Assembly: GCA_031459625.1 (NCBI GenBank)
Contig: JAVKIH010000034.1
Location: 1 to 25,677 of the forward strand
From: Candidatus Geohabitans tengchongensis
GTDB lineage: Bacteria > Sysuimicrobiota > Sysuimicrobiia > Sysuimicrobiales > Humicultoraceae
DNA length: 25,677 nucleotides
Reading direction: 5' to 3'
In this document: one piece after another, positions 1-10,327 of the stretch
Layout: every line of letters starts with the position of its first letter
Numbering within the stretch: position 1 is the stretch's first letter
Made by a program: the position numbers and the translations under genes
The notes under the pieces: generated by a model
Told to the model about the DNA's origin: nothing
Database searches by the model: none
Seen by the model: the letters and a program-made list of their open reading frames with translations, nothing else

Positions 1-312
1 CTCGGTCCGGGATAGTTCCCAGACTTTGGTAATCAGGCCGCTCGGCGGGCACACAGGCCTGGAGCCAAGTCCGGTATGCCTCTCCACTCCCCGCGGTGAA
101 TGGTGGCTAGGCCGATGCGCCAACCGTCGAACCGAAGGGCGCCAGTTCCAACTGGCAGGATTCGCTGGATGGCCCTCCTTCCGTTCCACGGAAGCGAATC
201 AGTCCTACAGGCCTGCCACTGCAAACACTACTGTGGGAGCGCTCACACCTAGACTGCCTTCTGGCCCTCTCGACGGCAGCGCCAATGGCAGCAGCGTACC
301 TGGATACTGGGT

Positions 313-355
313 GGCGACGGGCGAGACGGGGAGGCAGCCACAGCCGCCCGTCGCC
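313..355. repeat. 11-bp inverted repeat downstream of the SBP gene (possible terminator or stabilising hairpin)
   Basis: GGCGACGGGCG (313-323) is the exact reverse complement of CGCCCGTCGCC (345-355). No clear U-tract follows. Confidence 0.4.
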
Positions 356-382
356 TGCCTGAAAGCCCCCGCATCTGCGGTA

Positions 383-1369
383 CTACCTGGTGAGATACCG
401 GTTATCAAGGATGTCCTCTGGCCGAAGCTTCATCCTGATCTTCCCCAGCTCGCTCCAGATGTCGATGGCGAACTGCGCCGTCTTGTATGCCGTGCCGGGC
501 CGCTGTGGGGTTCCAAAGAACTCCTTATTCGCCTGGAAGTCATAGTAGCGAATACCCGCGAGGGTTTCTGCGAACACTTTCACGTCCTTCAGCCAGCCGC
601 CCACCGACCCGGCCATCAGTTCGTTCGCCTGCCTGGGATTCTCTTTCCAGAACTCCACAGCTCTGTGCCACGCCTTCACGATACCCCTGACCTCATCGCC
701 ACGTTTCTGCAGCACGTCCTTTCGGAAGATCAGCACGTCAACGATGAGCCCCGGGGTCTTCGAGCTGTCGATCAACAGATGGCCGTGTTCGGTTCGCTTG
801 CCGCGCGAGAGCCAGGGCTCCCATGTGACCGCTGCGTCAACCTTCTTAGCGACAAACGCTGCTCCAGCGTCGCCCGCCGTCATGTTGATGGGAATGATAT
901 CCTTCTCAGTCAGCCCATGCTGTCGCAGTAAGACGCTGAGAAAGAAGTGGGATACTGAACCCTCAGGGAACGCGATCCGCTTCCCCTTCAGGTCAGCGAT
1001 GGTTTTGATCGCCTTATCGGCTACGATACCATCGCCTCCTTTGCTGTCATCCAACCCCAGGACTGCCGCCAGCTGAACGTCCGGTTTGACGTAGAGGGTC
1101 ATGGTGTCGAGTGTCGAGACAAGCCCGTCGAGCTTTTTCGCGGCCAGCGCAGCAAAGCGGAGCTTCGGATCCTCCATCTTGACTAGCTCGACAGCGACGC
1201 CTGCCTCCTTGTAGAACCCCTTGTCCCGAGCGAGGAACAACGGCCCGTAGCCGACCCAGGTCGAATAGCCGAGCTTCACAGGCTGCTGTGCCGGTGCAGG
1301 GCTTGCATACAACCCTCCCGCCAGCAGGGCGAGTGCCACGACCACCGCGAGCCTCGCCTTCGTCTCCAT
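383..1369 (-). CDS. ABC transporter substrate-binding protein, NitT/TauT (SsuA/NMT1/THI5-like) family
   Basis: Sec signal peptide METKARLAVVVALALLAGGLYASPAPA. Family-like motifs WVGYGPLFLA, DDSKGGDGIVA, IADLKGKRIAF and VDAAVTWEPW. ATG at 1369 has a GGGAGG SD just upstream, so it is preferred over the GTG at 1381. Confidence 0.85.
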   Translation of the reverse strand: METKARLAVVVALALLAGGLYASPAPAQQPVKLGYSTWVGYGPLFLARDKGFYKEAGVAVELVKMEDPKLRFAALAAKKLDGLVSTLDTMTLYVKPDVQLAAVLGLDDSKGGDGIVADKAIKTIADLKGKRIAFPEGSVSHFFLSVLLRQHGLTEKDIIPINMTAGDAGAAFVAKKVDAAVTWEPWLSRGKRTEHGHLLIDSSKTPGLIVDVLIFRKDVLQKRGDEVRGIVKAWHRAVEFWKENPRQANELMAGSVGGWLKDVKVFAETLAGIRYYDFQANKEFFGTPQRPGTAYKTAQFAIDIWSELGKIRMKLRPEDILDNRYLTR

Positions 1370-1398
1370 GGTCCTCCCCACCTCCCTTCACGTTGCTC

Positions 1399-1404
1399 AT
1401 TCTA
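1399..1404 (-). promoter_or_regulatory. putative -10 box (TAGAAT) for the SBP gene
   Basis: TAGAAT on the minus strand about 30 nt upstream of the ATG at 1369. The -35 match is weak. Confidence 0.4.
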
Positions 1405-1459
1405 AGCTATTCCAGCCCTGTGGGCATGCGGCAGAACCTCGCTCGGCGAAGGGCGCCCC

Positions 1460-1740
1460 CGTGGGATGCCGGGCTCGACCGCAAGACGGCGGTCATCCCC
1501 GGTGAGGGTGGCGGCGCCCGCCGCGTCGTGGAAGAGCGTCGGAGACAGTAGCCCAGGCGCACGGCCTGCCCCTGAATCGCCCGCACCACCCCGGGTGCGC
1601 GTGACCGAGGTTGACCGCGACCAGCCCCGACGAGAAGTCCAGGTAGCGGTTCCCTCCGCGTCGTAGAGGAACCGTCCCTCCGCCCGCACGATGAGCGGCA
1701 CCCGCAGCCCGGCCTGCGCCAACCAGGGCGTGAGGGTCAC
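1460..1740 (-). pseudogene. relic of a class-III (PLP-dependent) aminotransferase
   Basis: Joining frames gives VTLTPWLAQAGLRVPLIVRAEGRFLYDAE(G)/NRYLDFSSGLVAVNLGHAHP/VVRAIQGQAVRLGY/SPTLFHDA..GAATLTGDDRRLAVEPGIP. This carries the typical class-III N-terminal G-x-x-Y-L-D and N-L-G-H-x-H-P motifs. Single-base losses occur near 1652, 1590 and 1546, with a large internal deletion and no C-terminal half. Confidence 0.8.
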
Positions 1741-1931
1741 ACCCCAGGCTCCAACCGAGGTCGGGGCCCCAACCAGACCCGCCAAGCCCTGGCGCGGGCC
1801 CGGCGCCGACGGCCACCCCATCTGGTAGCGGAGCCGCCGGGGGAGCTGGCTTGCCTGGACGCGTCCTACATCGGGAAACTCAAGGAGGTGGGCTAGGAGC
1901 TCCTCCGAAGGATTGCTCTAACGGTCCTCCC

Positions 1932-2669
1932 ATGAGCGTCTACAAGGCGGAAGGGGTGGTCCTGCGGCGGCGGGCGCTGGGGGAGGCCGACCGCGTCATC
2001 ACCTTCTACACGCGCGAGCACGGCAAGGTGGACGCGGCGGCGCGGGGCGTCCGGCGGGGGACGAGCCGTCTGGCCGGCCGGCTGGAGCCCTTCACCCACC
2101 TCCGTCTCCTCCTGGCCCACGGTCGTTCGCTGGACGTGGTGGCCCAGGCCGAGGTCGTGGCGGCCCTGGCCCCGCTGCGCACCGACCTGCACCGCTTCGG
2201 GCTGGCCGCGCTGATGGGCGAGCTGCTCGACGCTGCCGTCCCCGAGCGCGAGGCCCTGCCGGCGCTCTTCGACCGCTTCGTGGCGGCGCTCCACCTGGTG
2301 GCGGAGGACGATGCCCTCCGGGGCGCCCTGTGGTTCGCCCTGCAGCTGGTCAGCCTGGCCGGGTTCGAGCCCCACCTGACCGCGTGCGCCCGGTGCGGCC
2401 GCCCACCCGGCGGAGGGGTGCGCTGGAGCCACGCCCTGGGCGGGGTGGTCTGCCCCGCCTGCGCCGGGCGGGACCCGCAGGCCGTGCCCCTGCGGCCGGA
2501 GGAGGCCGCCGCCCTGTCCCGCCTGCTCACGGCCCCTCCGGCGGCCGTCCCCGCGGCCACCCCGCCCCGGCCCGAGCGGCTGCTCGACCTCCTGCGCGGC
2601 TACGCGGAGCACCGGCTGGAGATGCGGTTGCGCAGCCCGGCGGTGATGGGCCGCTTCCCGCCACCATGA
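1932..2669 (+). CDS. recO: DNA repair protein RecO
   Basis: Starts MSVYKAEGVVLRRRALGEADRVITFYTREHGKVDAAARGVR, contains LEPFT and the Zn finger CARC...CPAC. Start moved from the ORF-track 1851 to ATG 1932 by homology. Confidence 0.93.
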   Translation: MSVYKAEGVVLRRRALGEADRVITFYTREHGKVDAAARGVRRGTSRLAGRLEPFTHLRLLLAHGRSLDVVAQAEVVAALAPLRTDLHRFGLAALMGELLDAAVPEREALPALFDRFVAALHLVAEDDALRGALWFALQLVSLAGFEPHLTACARCGRPPGGGVRWSHALGGVVCPACAGRDPQAVPLRPEEAAALSRLLTAPPAAVPAATPPRPERLLDLLRGYAEHRLEMRLRSPAVMGRFPPP

Positions 2670-2695
2670 CTGCGCCGGCGGAATGGGGGTATAGT
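2666..2695 (+). promoter_or_regulatory. putative sigma70 promoter for the 83-aa gene
   Basis: ATGACT (2666-2671), 18 nt spacer, TATAGT (2690-2695), then GGAGGT SD and ATG at 2716. Confidence 0.45.
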
Positions 2696-2715
2696 CAAGA
2701 CACGGAGGTGGGGCG

Positions 2716-2967
2716 ATGGAGATCGACCTGGAGCGGGCCAAGCGGGCCCTGATGGAGCTGGGGACAGCACTGGAGGAAGCGCGCCAGGTGGTCTCGCCGG
2801 GGACCCCCGGGCACCTCCGGATCAAGACCGAGAACCGGGTGATCGAGCTCCCGATGTCCTGGGCGCTGGGCGGGCTGGCCGCCTTTGCCCTGGCCACGCT
2901 GCTCGCGCGCGTGCCCACCCCCATCACGCGGAAGCTGCGCGAGGACGAGCCGCTCGGTATCGGCTAA
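2716..2967 (+). CDS. small membrane-associated protein, possibly DUF4342-like
   Basis: Strong SD GGAGGT and GC3-rich codons. LRIKTENRVIELPMSWALGGLAAFALATLLA resembles the DUF4342 pattern, and the position between recO and glyRS fits that family. Confidence 0.6.
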   Translation: MEIDLERAKRALMELGTALEEARQVVSPGTPGHLRIKTENRVIELPMSWALGGLAAFALATLLARVPTPITRKLREDEPLGIG

Positions 2968-3009
2968 CACCCCCCACCGGCCCCGTCGCCTGCGCGCGGG
3001 CGGCGTCGC

Positions 3010-3015
3010 TATACT
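3010..3015 (+). promoter_or_regulatory. -10 box TATACT, probable leaderless promoter of glyQS
   Basis: TATACT ends 6 nt before the ATG at 3022 and there is no SD. Confidence 0.6.
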
Positions 3016-3021
3016 CAGGGC

Positions 3022-4368
3022 ATGCCGGTCCCGCTCGACAGCCTGGAGAAGATCGCCAACCTGGCCAAGCGGCGGGGATTCGTCCTCCCCTCGGCGGAGA
3101 TCTACGGGCCGCTCGGGGGGATCTACGACTTCGGGCCGCTCGGCGCGCTCTTCCGCCAGAACCTGCGCGCCGCCTGGTGGGAGCGCTTCGTCCAGCAGCG
3201 CCCCGACGTCGTCCCCATCGAGAGCGCCCTCATCACCCGCCGGGAGGTCCTGCAGGCCTCCGGGCACGAGGAGTCCTTCACCGACCCGCTGGTGGAGTGC
3301 GTCGTCTGCCACCAGCGCTTCCGCGCCGACGAGGCGATCCCCCCCGCCCGCGACCACGCGCACCGCCTGACCGAGCCGCGCCAGTTCAACCTGATGTTCC
3401 GCACCTACGTGGGCTCCACCGAGGAGACGGGGGACCTGGCTTACCTGCGCCCGGAGACGGCGCAGGGGATGTTCGTGAACTTCAAGGCGGTGGCCGAGGT
3501 GGCGCGCCTCAAGATCCCCTTCGGCATCGCCCAGATGGGGAAGAGCTTCCGCAACGAGATCACCCACGGGAAGTGGCTCTTCCGCCTGCGGGAGTTCGAG
3601 ATCGCGGAGATCGAGTACTTCGTCCAGCCGGGCACCGACGCCGCCTGGTTCGACCACTGGCTGGAGGCGTGGGAGCGCTTCTTCCTCGACCTGGGGATCG
3701 CCCCGGCCAACCTGCGCCGCTACGAGCACCCGCCGGAGAGCCTGGCGCACTACTCCAAGCGCACGGTGGACCTGCAGTACCGCTTCCCCTTCGACTGGAG
3801 CGAGCTGGCGGGGGTGGCCAACCGCACCGACTACGACCTGAGCCGCCACCAGCAGTTCTCCGGGCGGGACCTCACCTACTTCGACGAGGCCACCCGCACC
3901 AAGTACGTCCCCTACGTCATCGAGCCGACCATGGGGCTGGAGCGTGCCATGCTCGCCTTCCTGGCCGACGCCTACCGGGAGTACCCCGGCGGGCGGGCGG
4001 AGCACGGGGAGGGGGAGACGGAGGTCGTGCTGCACCTCCACCCGCGCTTGGCGCCCATTACCGCCGCCGTCCTCCCGCTGGTGCGCAAGGACGGCCTGCC
4101 GGAGATCGCCCGGGAGCTCGCGGGCGAGCTCCGGCGGTACTGGTTCGTCCAGTACGACGAGAGCGGCTCCATCGGCCGGCGCTACCGGCGCTTCGACGAG
4201 ATCGGCACGCCCTGGTGCATCACCGTGGACGGACAAACCCGCCAGGACGAGACGGTGACGGTGCGGGACCGGGACACCATGCGCCAGGAGCGCGTCCGCA
4301 TGGCGGAGCTCGTCCCGTGGATCCGGGAGCACCTGGCCGGGGCGAAGGCGCCGGCCCCCGCGTCGTGA
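3022..4368 (+). CDS. glyQS: glycine--tRNA ligase, homodimeric (alpha2) type
   Basis: Motifs LAKRRGF, EIYG, YDFGPLG, FNLMF, YLRPETAQG, motif 2 GKSFRNEIT...FRLREFE, LAHYSK, ANRTDYDL, motif 3 VIEPTMGLER and the anticodon domain GSIGRRYRRFDEIGTP. Confidence 0.96.
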   Translation: MPVPLDSLEKIANLAKRRGFVLPSAEIYGPLGGIYDFGPLGALFRQNLRAAWWERFVQQRPDVVPIESALITRREVLQASGHEESFTDPLVECVVCHQRFRADEAIPPARDHAHRLTEPRQFNLMFRTYVGSTEETGDLAYLRPETAQGMFVNFKAVAEVARLKIPFGIAQMGKSFRNEITHGKWLFRLREFEIAEIEYFVQPGTDAAWFDHWLEAWERFFLDLGIAPANLRRYEHPPESLAHYSKRTVDLQYRFPFDWSELAGVANRTDYDLSRHQQFSGRDLTYFDEATRTKYVPYVIEPTMGLERAMLAFLADAYREYPGGRAEHGEGETEVVLHLHPRLAPITAAVLPLVRKDGLPEIARELAGELRRYWFVQYDESGSIGRRYRRFDEIGTPWCITVDGQTRQDETVTVRDRDTMRQERVRMAELVPWIREHLAGAKAPAPAS

Positions 4369-4398
4369 GCCGCTCTCCCGGGACGTCGAGCACGTGCC

Positions 4399-4427
4399 TT
4401 GCCATCCGGCACGCCGCCTCCCATCAT
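4399..4427 (+). promoter_or_regulatory. putative sigma70 promoter of ppdK
   Basis: TTGCCA (4399-4404), 17 nt spacer, CATCAT (4422-4427). Confidence 0.55.
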
Positions 4428-4428
4428 A

Positions 4429-4497
4429 GCATCGGCGTCGCGGTGCACCTGCATCGGCGGCGCGATGACCGCGCATCGGCGGCGCGAGGCCCGCATC
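4429..4497 (+). repeat. three phased direct repeats GCATCGGCG(T/G)CGCG(G/A), period 22 bp
   Basis: Units start at 4429, 4451 and 4473, with a partial GCATC at 4493. Confidence 0.8.
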
Positions 4498-4519
4498 CGG
4501 TGCCGGACGGAGGGATGAG

Positions 4520-7267
<2,748 letters not shown>

Positions 7268-7297
7268 GCGGTTCCTCGCGCGCCCGGCGCCGTCGGG

Positions 7298-8338
7298 ATG
7301 ACCCCTCGCGAGGCCATCGAGGCGCGCGAGCGCGGCTGGCTGCGCCCCGGCGCCGCGCTGGCGGCCGCCTCCCGCGGGCGCGCGGTCCCCGAGCCGGAGG
7401 ACGACCTCCGCACCGCCTTCCAGCGTGACCGCGACCGGATCCTGCACAGCAAGGCCTTCCGCCGCCTGAAGCACAAGACCCAGGTCTTCCTGGCCCCCGA
7501 GGGCGACCACTACCGTACGCGGCTGACGCATACGCTCGAGGTGGCGCAGATCGCCCGCACCGTGGCCCGGGTGCTGCGCCTCAACGAGGACCTCACCGAA
7601 GCGGTGGCGCTGGGCCACGACCTGGGCCACCCGCCTTTCGGCCACGCCGGGGAGGCGGCCCTGCACGAGGCGATGGCGCCCTACGGCGGCTTCCACCACG
7701 TCGAGCAGTCGCTGCGCGTCGTTCGCCAGCTGGAACGGCGGCGCCGCGCCGACGGCACGGAGGTGCGCGGACTCAACCTCACCTGGGAGGTGCTCGACGG
7801 CATCGGCGGGCACTCCAAGGGCCTGGCCGACCTGGGGGCGGCCGAGGGCATGCTCCCGGCCACCCTGGAAGGACAGGTCGTGCGCCTGGCCGACCGCATC
7901 GCCTACGTCCACCACGACATGGACGACGCCGTGCGGGCCGGGCTGATGGCCGAAGCCGAGGTTCCCCCTGCGGTGGTGGCGGTCCTGGGACGCGCCCGGG
8001 GCGCCTGGCTCGACACTGTGGTCCGCGACCTGGTGACCCACAGCGCCGAGGGCCCCATCCGGTTGAGCGACCCGGTGCGCGAGGCGCTGGACCGCCTGAA
8101 GGACTTCCTGACGGCGCGGGTCTACCTGGGTCCGCACGCCGCCGCGGACGTCCGCCGCGCCCGCGTCGTCGTGCACGCCCTCTTCGCGCACTTCCTGGAG
8201 CACCCTGAGGCGCTGCCTGACCGCGATCCGGCGGAGCCCCTGCCCCGGGCGGTGTGCGACTTCCTGGCCGGGATGACCGACCGCTTCGCCATCCGGATGT
8301 ACGAGCAGCTCCACCCCGGCCGTCCCCGGCCCGCGTGA
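7298..8338 (+). CDS. dgt: deoxyguanosinetriphosphate triphosphohydrolase (HD domain)
   Basis: Motifs [63 protein letters not shown] and [11 protein letters not shown]. Confidence 0.93.
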   Translation: MTPREAIEARERGWLRPGAALAAASRGRAVPEPEDDLRTAFQRDRDRILHSKAFRRLKHKTQVFLAPEGDHYRTRLTHTLEVAQIARTVARVLRLNEDLTEAVALGHDLGHPPFGHAGEAALHEAMAPYGGFHHVEQSLRVVRQLERRRRADGTEVRGLNLTWEVLDGIGGHSKGLADLGAAEGMLPATLEGQVVRLADRIAYVHHDMDDAVRAGLMAEAEVPPAVVAVLGRARGAWLDTVVRDLVTHSAEGPIRLSDPVREALDRLKDFLTARVYLGPHAAADVRRARVVVHALFAHFLEHPEALPDRDPAEPLPRAVCDFLAGMTDRFAIRMYEQLHPGRPRPA

Positions 8339-8564
8339 CGAGCGGCCGCGTGGGGAGCGGCCCGGGTGCGCCGCGGCCCGGGTGCGCAACGGCCCAGGTG
8401 CGGAGCCCGCGGCAGGGAGGCGCTGCCTGGATGCAGAATATGCACATGTCTGCAACAACATTCGCCGGCGGAAAGGAGGGCTGGGGTACGCACGCCGGGG
8501 ACTTTCCGCCCCCGAGGGGCGCGTCGCGGCCCGGCCGCGACGGGGAGTGGGAGGCGTACAGCGC

Positions 8565-8774
8565 ATGCCGTACCGCGGAAAGGTGAAGTGGTTCAACCCC
8601 GAAAAGGGGTATGGGTTCATCGCCCGTGACGACGGGCGGGACGTCTTCGTCCACTACTCCGCCATCCAGATGGAAGGTTTCCGCACCCTCGAGGAAGGCC
8701 AGCTCGTGGAGTTCGAGATCGTCGAGGGCGCGCGCGGCCCGCAGGCCTCCAACGTCGTCCGCATCATGGAGTGA
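8565..8774 (+). CDS. csp: cold-shock protein (CspA family)
   Basis: [15 protein letters not shown] (RNP1), DVFVHYSAI (RNP2) and GPQASNV. 69 aa from ATG 8565 with a GGAGG SD at 8550-8554. Confidence 0.96.
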   Translation: MPYRGKVKWFNPEKGYGFIARDDGRDVFVHYSAIQMEGFRTLEEGQLVEFEIVEGARGPQASNVVRIME

Positions 8775-8901
8775 TCCGGGTGGCCCGGCGGGCGCCTGGC
8801 GCGGCGTCCCGGCGGCGGCCGGGGCGCCGCGCGGCTTTGGGGCCGGGCGGGCGCGCCGCCAGTGCGGTCGTGGACGTCGCCACCGGACCCCGCAGGGGCC
8901 G

Positions 8902-8928
8902 AGGAGTTTCCCTCCTCGCAGCCGAAGT
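8902..8928 (+). promoter_or_regulatory. sigma-H-like promoter motif upstream of hpf
   Basis: AGGAGTT, 15 nt spacer, GAAGT. Same geometry as the motif before spoVS. Confidence 0.4.
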
Positions 8929-8983
8929 CTCTCTCGGACCAGACCGGTGTCCATCCCCGATCCTGCTGCGATGGAGGACTCCC

Positions 8984-9568
8984 GTGCCCCGGCCCCGACA
9001 GGCTGAGCCGCTGCAGGTCATTGTCCAGGGGCGCCACGTCGAGGTGACGCCCGACCTCCGCCGCTACGTCGAGCGCAAGCTCGGGCGCCTGCGCCGCCAC
9101 TTCGACCAGATCACCCAGGCCCAGGTGGTCCTCAGCCACGGGCGGTCCTCCCGGGGGCAGGGCTACCGGGCGGAGGTGACGATCTGGGGGGACGGCGTCG
9201 TGCTCCGCGGCGAGCAGGCCAGTGCGGATGCCCGGGCCTCGGTGGACGGGGTGGTGGACAAGCTGGAGAAGCAGGTGGCCAGGGTGCGCAGCCGGCTCAT
9301 CCGCAAGCGCCGGATCGACGCCGCGCGCACCAAACAGCGCCGCCGCGCCGCCTCCGAGGCGGCGCGGCGCGGCTCGCCGGCGGAGCTGCCGCCCGAGGTC
9401 GTGCGCACCAAGCGGTTCGCCCTCAAGCCGATGACGGTCGAGGAGGCGATGATGCAGATGGAGCTGCTGGGCCACGACTTCTTCGTCTTCCGCCGGATGG
9501 AGACGGGCGAGGTCAACGTCCTCTACCGCCGCCGGGCGGGGGACTACGGCCTGATCGCGCCGGAATAG
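8984..9568 (+). CDS. hpf: ribosome hibernation promoting factor, long HPF (RaiA/YvyD)
   Basis: N-domain IVQGRHVEVTPDLRRYVERKLGRL and SVDGVVDKLEKQ. C-domain VVRTKRFALKPMTVEEAMMQMELLGHDFFVF...VLYRRRAGDYGLI. GTG at 8984 follows GGAGG (8973-8977). Confidence 0.95.
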   Translation: MPRPRQAEPLQVIVQGRHVEVTPDLRRYVERKLGRLRRHFDQITQAQVVLSHGRSSRGQGYRAEVTIWGDGVVLRGEQASADARASVDGVVDKLEKQVARVRSRLIRKRRIDAARTKQRRRAASEAARRGSPAELPPEVVRTKRFALKPMTVEEAMMQMELLGHDFFVFRRMETGEVNVLYRRRAGDYGLIAPE

Positions 9569-9630
9569 GCCGCCGCGCCAAGCCGGTCGGCGCGGGGCAG
9601 GTGGAACGACGCGCGGAGGGGAGGCAGGGG

Positions 9631-10311
9631 ATGGAGCGCACGCAGCGTGCTCCGGAGCAGGGCGACGGTGGCGCCGTGACCCGGCAGGCCGAAGAGGTCA
9701 TCCGCCGCCTGCGCGGCGTCCTCTCCGTGCGGGCCGAAGCCGACGCCCAGGGCCGCCTGGAGGTGATCCACGTCCTGGGCGAGGCGGACCGCAGCCCCAA
9801 GCTCATCGCCATGGAAGTGGCTTCGGCGCTGGCCGCGGAGCTGGGTCTGCAGGTCGACCCCCGGCAGATCCGCGTGGCGGGCCTGCGCGGCGCCGAGACG
9901 GGCGTCCCCGCCCCGCAGGCGCGGCTGAAGTTCGTGGGCCTCACCGTCGCCTCGCTGCACGGCACCTGCGAGGTGAAGGTCCACCTGGAGGACCGCGGCC
10001 TGCGCTACGAGGGGGTGGCCTCGGGGCCCAATACCACCCGCAGCCGGCTGGAGCTGGTCGCGACCGCCACGCTGCGCGCCGTCGAAGTCTTCCTGCGGGC
10101 GAGCGGGATGCTGGTCCTGGACGGCGCCGCGGTCGTACGCGTGGGCGATCGGGACGTGGCCGTCGCCGTCGTGACCCTGGCCGGCCAGGACGAGGAGGTC
10201 CTCAGCGGCTCGTCCGTGGTGCGGGACGACCCCCGCGAGGCCATGGTCCGCGCCATCCTCAACGCGCTCAACCGCCCGGTGGGCTGGCTGGCCGCAGGGC
10301 GCCCACGCTAG
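9631..10311 (+). CDS. conserved hypothetical protein
   Basis: GGAGG SD, strong GC3 bias and a globular-looking sequence. The C-terminus SGSSVVRDDPREAMVRAILNALNR recalls the LeuA allosteric/dimerisation fold. Confidence 0.75.
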   Translation: MERTQRAPEQGDGGAVTRQAEEVIRRLRGVLSVRAEADAQGRLEVIHVLGEADRSPKLIAMEVASALAAELGLQVDPRQIRVAGLRGAETGVPAPQARLKFVGLTVASLHGTCEVKVHLEDRGLRYEGVASGPNTTRSRLELVATATLRAVEVFLRASGMLVLDGAAVVRVGDRDVAVAVVTLAGQDEEVLSGSSVVRDDPREAMVRAILNALNRPVGWLAAGRPR

Positions 10312-10327
10312 CGGCCACGGCTCGTTG

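Noticed and set aside
214..260. GCCACTG...TGGGAG...GACTGCC resembling part of a cobalamin riboswitch
   Set aside because: The other core elements (GGGAA, CCCGCAACTGT, proper B12 box) are missing and there is no downstream + strand gene to regulate.
26..931. 301-aa + strand ORF
   Set aside because: Mostly antisense to the SBP gene, with a TTG start, no SD and no recognisable motifs.
1819..1896. Short + frame ending ...LDASYIGKLKEVG-stop that looks like a protein C-terminal remnant
   Set aside because: Too short to assign, with no start codon or upstream homology visible.
4376..4385. TCCCGGGACG (and CTCGGTCCGG at 1-10) as further copies of the HNH palindrome
   Set aside because: Only about 10 GC-rich bases match and the symmetry does not extend, which is expected by chance.
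4429..4497. Possible mini-CRISPR array
   Set aside because: Repeats of 15 bp with 7-bp spacers are far too short, and no cas genes are present.
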